From assembly GCF_901538355.1 (NCBI RefSeq), contig NZ_LR593887.1:1152920-1216919 (forward strand): a stretch of DNA of 64,000 bases. The letters are read 5' to 3'. Under the pieces are notes generated by a model. It was given only the letters and a program-made list of their open reading frames with translations. It did no database searches and was not told the DNA's origin. How positions within the stretch are numbered: position 1 is the first letter of the stretch; each line of letters opens with the position of its first letter. This document shows, one piece after another, positions 59,839 to 64,000 of this stretch. Source of the DNA: Tuwongella immobilis (GTDB lineage Bacteria; Planctomycetota; Planctomycetia; Gemmatales; Gemmataceae). A program made the translations under genes and the position numbers.

Positions 59839-60897
59839 TCAGGCAAGTTTGGTGGCGTTGATGAGGCCGCAGTGGACGAGTGTGGGGATGACGTTCGCAT
59901 CGACGGTGAGGCCGGCTTGCATCAGCCAGGTGCGGTATTCCGCGACGCTGTAGGCTCGGCCTTCGGTCAGCGTGAAGAGGGCGGCGGAGTATTCGGCGAG
60001 GTATTTGGGGCCATCCAGGGCGTCGTTTAAGTAGACATCATGGACGACCAGTCGGCCGTTGGCGGGAAGTGCGGCCGCCATCGTTGACACGAGTTGTTCG
60101 CATTGCGGAATATCCCAATCGTGAAGCACGTTGGAAAGGAGAATCACGTCGGGATTTCCAGGCACGGGGTCATGGAACATATCGCCGGGGATGCATTCCA
60201 ACCGATCGGCCACACCGTATTCGGCAGCGGTCTCGGCGGCGATTTTCAGCACAGCGGGCCGATCCCAGACCATCGCTCGCAGGTGCGGATATTGTTGCAG
60301 GCAGGCGATTGCATACAGTCCGGAACCACCCGCGACATCCAGCAGCCGTTCGGCGGAGTGCAGCTGCATGCCTTCGGCCAGATATGGGGCACAATTCTTG
60401 GCGCGGCCGGCGAGCGCCATCGTCAGGAATCGGGCGGATCGCTCCTCTTCCATCGAGGTATCGATGCCCTTGCGATAAATGTAGGCGGATTTCTCGTCGG
60501 GCTTGGTGCCGGTGGGCGAATTGGTGCGAAGTCGTTCAACCAGGGATTTGACGCTGGGCAACTCGGCGGAAAGGGCGAGATATTCGCTGATGTCGAATTC
60601 CGCGCCGCGCCGCAGATGCTCGTGGGCAATTGGGGTGACTTGCACGCGACCCTCGGCATCGCGGTCCAACAACTGCATGGATCGCAGCATGGTCAGCAGC
60701 ACCGTCAGCGGGCGCGATTGCAACCCAAGTCGTTGCCCCAATTCGGCTTCGGAAATCGGGCCGGTTTCCGCCAGGGTATCAAATACGGCAAAGTGCGTGA
60801 CGGCGGCGGCGAGCAGTTCGGTAGCGAATGAACTGCGGGCGAATTCAAAAATCGGCGTCGGGTCGAAGGTCGGCTTGGTCAGCGCGGATCGCGGCAT
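59839..60897 (-). CDS. SAM-dependent O-methyltransferase (class I, with N-terminal dimerisation/wHTH domain)
   Basis: 'LLDVAGGSGLYAIACL' motif I. 'DVILLSNVLHDW', 'NGRLVVHD' are typical of plant-type/bacterial OMTs. Confidence 0.75.
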   Translation of the reverse strand: MPRSALTKPTFDPTPIFEFARSSFATELLAAAVTHFAVFDTLAETGPISEAELGQRLGLQSRPLTVLLTMLRSMQLLDRDAEGRVQVTPIAHEHLRRGAEFDISEYLALSAELPSVKSLVERLRTNSPTGTKPDEKSAYIYRKGIDTSMEEERSARFLTMALAGRAKNCAPYLAEGMQLHSAERLLDVAGGSGLYAIACLQQYPHLRAMVWDRPAVLKIAAETAAEYGVADRLECIPGDMFHDPVPGNPDVILLSNVLHDWDIPQCEQLVSTMAAALPANGRLVVHDVYLNDALDGPKYLAEYSAALFTLTEGRAYSVAEYRTWLMQAGLTVDANVIPTLVHCGLINATKLA

Positions 60898-60900
60898 GGC

Positions 60901-62177
60901 TTAATTCCGAGAGAGAGAATCGTGGAGCGATCGGGATTGCTCGGCCACGCGGGTGCCGGCGAGCCAACCGGTGCTCCAGGCGGCCTGGAAATTGTACCCA
61001 CCAATCGGGCCATCGACATCCAAGATCTCTCCCGCCAGATACAGTCCGGGGTGAATCTTGCTTTGCATGGTCCGCGAATCGACTTCCTCCAAGGCGACGC
61101 CGCCCGCCGTCACTTCGGCCTTCTCGAATCCTAGGGTTCCGCGAATCGGCATGCGAAGCCGTTTGATCGATTGCGTCAGCTTCTGCCGATCGGCCTTGGC
61201 CAATCCGCTCGCTTTGCGATCCGCAGGCATTTGGAGCAGCGACAGAATCGCATCCGCAAGCCGCCGTGGAAGTTGCGTCGCCAGCACCACCGCCAACTGT
61301 TTCTTGCCGGAATTCAGCGATTCCGTTTGAAGGAATTTGTCGATGTCGGGTTCCTTCTCGTTGGGCAGCAGATCGACTTCCAGATTCAGCGATTGCGGCA
61401 GGGCGTGGCGGCTGATCGCACGGCTGACATCCAACGCCGCTGGCCCGCTCAGCCCGAAGTGGGCGAACAGCAGCGACGATCGCCGTTTGGACAATTCCTT
61501 GTCCGCTTCCAAGACCCGCACCGAGACATCGGGCAGCGTGATGCCGCGCAACTCGCCGGGCCATTCGGTATTCACCGTGATCGGCACCAGGGCCGGGCGC
61601 GTGGGGATGATTCGGTGCCCGAGTTTTTGGGCAATCGCATAGCCATCGCCGCGGGTGCCGCAACCGGGATACGATTGTCCGCCGAGGGTGAGAATGACCT
61701 GCCGCGCAGTGTAGCTTCCCTTGCTGGTGACGACGGTGAATCCGCCTTCGGGCAGGGGGGTGAGTTCCTGCACGCTTTCTTCGGTGGCCACGGTCACGCC
61801 AGCCCGCTGCATGCGGTGGATCAGTGCCATCAGCACGTCCATGGCTTTATCCGATACTGGGAAGATTTTGCCCGTATCTTCGATTTTGGTGGCGACGCCT
61901 TCTCCCTCGAAAAAGGCGACGACCTGACGGGTGCCGAGTGCCGCCAACGCGGAATGCAGAAATTTGCCGTTGGGGCCAAAGGCGGTGACAATGTCCCGAT
62001 TTTCACAATCGTGGGTGATGTTGCAGCGCGTTCCGCCGGACATCAGAATTTTCACGCCGGGCCGCTTGTTTTTTTCGATCAGCAGGACGCGGCAGCCCAT
62101 TTCTGCCGCGCGAATGCTGGCCATCATCCCCGCCGCTCCGCCACCCAACACCAACACATCCCACGGTCGTTCGCTCA
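60901..62177 (-). CDS. HI0933-like / BaiN-like NAD(P)/FAD-binding flavoprotein
   Basis: 'WDVLVLGGGAAGMMASIRAAEMG' Rossmann motif. 'ILMSGGTRCNITH', 'LYLAGEILDVDGPIGGYNFQAAWSTG'. Confidence 0.8.
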
Positions 62178-62296
62178 TGCTTGATCTTCCGACGATTTCC
62201 CAGCGCATGATTGACCCGACTGCGCGACTCGGGCATGATCTCAGTATATTCATTCCGATTCGGTTCGCCGATGATTCTCTCCCGGAGTGGCGGCTC

Positions 62297-64000
62297 ATGC
62301 GATGGTTCTTCGTGCTGATGGGCGGCGGCGGGCTGTTCGCAGCGTTGCTTGCGGCGGAGCCAGCTCCCCGTTCTACGACCGATCCGCTTCCGTTGGCCGC
62401 TCCGTTGCGGAATGATCCGCTGCCGAAACGCCCCGCAACCGATGGAGCGAATCCGATTGATGCATGGATTCGGGATCGACTCGATCGGGAAGGGATTCCT
62501 GCCAACCCGCGCGCGGATCGCGTGACGCTGATTCGCCGCGTGACGTTGGATCTGCACGGCCTGCCGCCCACACCGGAGGAAGTGGCCGAATTTGTCGCCG
62601 ATCCGCGAGCCGATGCCTACGAGCGATTGGTCGATCGGCTGCTCGCCTCCCCGCGATTCGGCGAACGGATGGCGCGACATTGGCTCGATTTGGCACGCTT
62701 CACCGAATCCGATGGATTCGAACGCGATCGGCCACGCACAAACGCTTGGCCATACCGCGATTATGTCATCGCTGCGTTCAATGATGATCGCCCGTATCCG
62801 CAGTTTGTGCGGGAGCAAATCGCTGGGGATATGCTCCCCGAATCCGGCGCGCAAGGCATTGCCGCAACGGCATTTCTGGCAACCGGCGCATACGATGAGG
62901 TGGCCCACGCCGCCGCCAGCCAATCGGTCCGCAATCTCGCCCGGCAAGACGAATTGGAAGAGATGCTCGCCACGGTCGGCCAGACGTTTCTGGGACTGAC
63001 CATCAATTGCGCGCGGTGCCACAATCACAAATTTGATCCCATTTCAATTCGGGATTACTACGCCCTGCAAAGCGTGTTCGCGGGCACCCGCCGGGGCGAT
63101 CGGCCGATGCAATCGATCCGCGATGGGGCCACTCGCCAGCAGGAGTTGCTGCGAATCGACCGCGAATTGCAGCAAGTCGCCGAGGAGACCCGCCGTGTGC
63201 AAACCGTGATCGAGCAACGGGTTCGCCGCTCCATGACCACGCCAACGGTGGAATTGGGACCGCTGCCAATCGCCCGCTGGAATTTCGACCACGATGCCCG
63301 CGACCAGATCGGCACCCTGCACGGCACGCTGATGGGACAGGCCAAACTCGCTAACGGACGCTTGATTTTGGATGGGAAGTCGAGTTGGCTGCAAACCGCG
63401 AAATTGCCCAAGCCGCTCCGCGAACAGACGCTCGAAGCCTGGGCCGCCATCGATCGACTCGATCAACGCGGCGGGGGAGTCTTGACGCTTGAGAAAATCG
63501 ATGGAAGTCAATTCCACAGCATTGTTTACGGCGAACGGCAGCCTAGCGTGTGGATGCTCGGCAGCGAATTCTTCCGACGCACCCGCGATGTCGTCGCCAA
63601 GCCCGAGTCCGATGCCGCCGCGCCGTTGATTCATCTCGCCGTCACCATCCACGCCAACGGCACGGTCACGCTCTATCGCAATGGCCAACGCTATGGCGAG
63701 CCGTACCGATTGCTGGGCGAGGCACTCCCGCCGACGTTCCCCGCCGAAATGACGCATCTGCTGATGGGGAAACGACATACGGGAGCCGGAAACGGATTGT
63801 TCGCTGGCAGTATCGATGAGGCTCGCCTGTACGATCGTGCGTTATCCGCAGAGGAAGTGGCGACTTCGTTCCGGGCCGGGAATCGCTTACCCAGTGCGGA
63901 GCAACTCGCCGCCGCCACCACCGCCGACGAGAAACAGGCACTCGCCCGATTTGCCACGCGAACGCAACAACTGACACAGCAACGAGATCTGTTGAAGACC
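62297..64000 (+). CDS. DUF1549/DUF1553 (PSD1/PSCyt2-type) planctomycete protein, 3'-truncated by window end
   Basis: 'RFGERMARHWLDLARF.ESDGFE.D..R..AW.YRDYVI.AFN.D.PY..F...QIAGD' is the DUF1549 pattern. 'INCARCHNHKFDPI...DYYAL' is the DUF1553 pattern. Signal peptide at N-terminus. Confidence 0.8.
   Translation, partial: MRWFFVLMGGGGLFAALLAAEPAPRSTTDPLPLAAPLRNDPLPKRPATDGANPIDAWIRDRLDREGIPANPRADRVTLIRRVTLDLHGLPPTPEEVAEFVADPRADAYERLVDRLLASPRFGERMARHWLDLARFTESDGFERDRPRTNAWPYRDYVIAAFNDDRPYPQFVREQIAGDMLPESGAQGIAATAFLATGAYDEVAHAAASQSVRNLARQDELEEMLATVGQTFLGLTINCARCHNHKFDPISIRDYYALQSVFAGTRRGDRPMQSIRDGATRQQELLRIDRELQQVAEETRRVQTVIEQRVRRSMTTPTVELGPLPIARWNFDHDARDQIGTLHGTLMGQAKLANGRLILDGKSSWLQTAKLPKPLREQTLEAWAAIDRLDQRGGGVLTLEKIDGSQFHSIVYGERQPSVWMLGSEFFRRTRDVVAKPESDAAAPLIHLAVTIHANGTVTLYRNGQRYGEPYRLLGEALPPTFPAEMTHLLMGKRHTGAGNGLFAGSIDEARLYDRALSAEEVATSFRAGNRLPSAEQLAAATTADEKQALARFATRTQQLTQQRDLLKT

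Noticed and set aside
61171-63028. Long ORFs antisense to the flavoprotein and DUF1553 genes
   Set aside because: Opposite strand of well-supported genes. Low-complexity translations.
1-64000. CRISPR arrays, rRNA genes, transposases/integrases
   Set aside because: No regularly spaced direct repeats, no rRNA-like conserved stretches, and no transposase/integrase motifs were seen in any frame.

Overview
High-GC (~60%) bacterial chromosomal window with the hallmarks of Planctomycetota, probably Gemmataceae-like. Evidence: three DUF1559 prepilin-type genes, a DUF1549/DUF1553 protein, several Ser/Thr kinases, and Pro-rich linkers. Everything below is read by eye from the sequence and the ORF track. 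No database search was run, so family names are motif-based inferences.

The window carries dnaA (10938..12656, minus strand), so it probably lies near the replication origin. Other housekeeping genes recognised are ispD, a ClpC-type AAA+ chaperone, Fe/Mn superoxide dismutase, SppA, QueD, MlaE, an RraA-like protein, an M81 (MlrC-like) peptidase, a molybdopterin oxidoreductase, an NfeD-flotillin operon, and two identical tandem tRNA-Ala(GGC) genes.

Most interesting region: an AT-richer, lineage-specific block at about 52.5 to 59.7 kb. It contains a two-gene module, a wHTH-plus-PIN-like protein (56482..57663) overlapping in a different frame a coiled-coil / 4-TM membrane protein (57623..58699). 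This looks like a candidate undescribed defence or abortive-infection type system.

Other notable observations: a ubiquitin-like membrane protein paired with a HerA/FtsK-superfamily ATPase (22525..26651); a DUF1559-like gene interrupted by one in-frame TGA at a conserved motif (1901..2698); two tandem paralogous Ser/Thr kinases with different C-terminal modules (42254..47227); and several clean rho-independent terminators. No CRISPR arrays, rRNA, or obvious transposases or integrases were seen.
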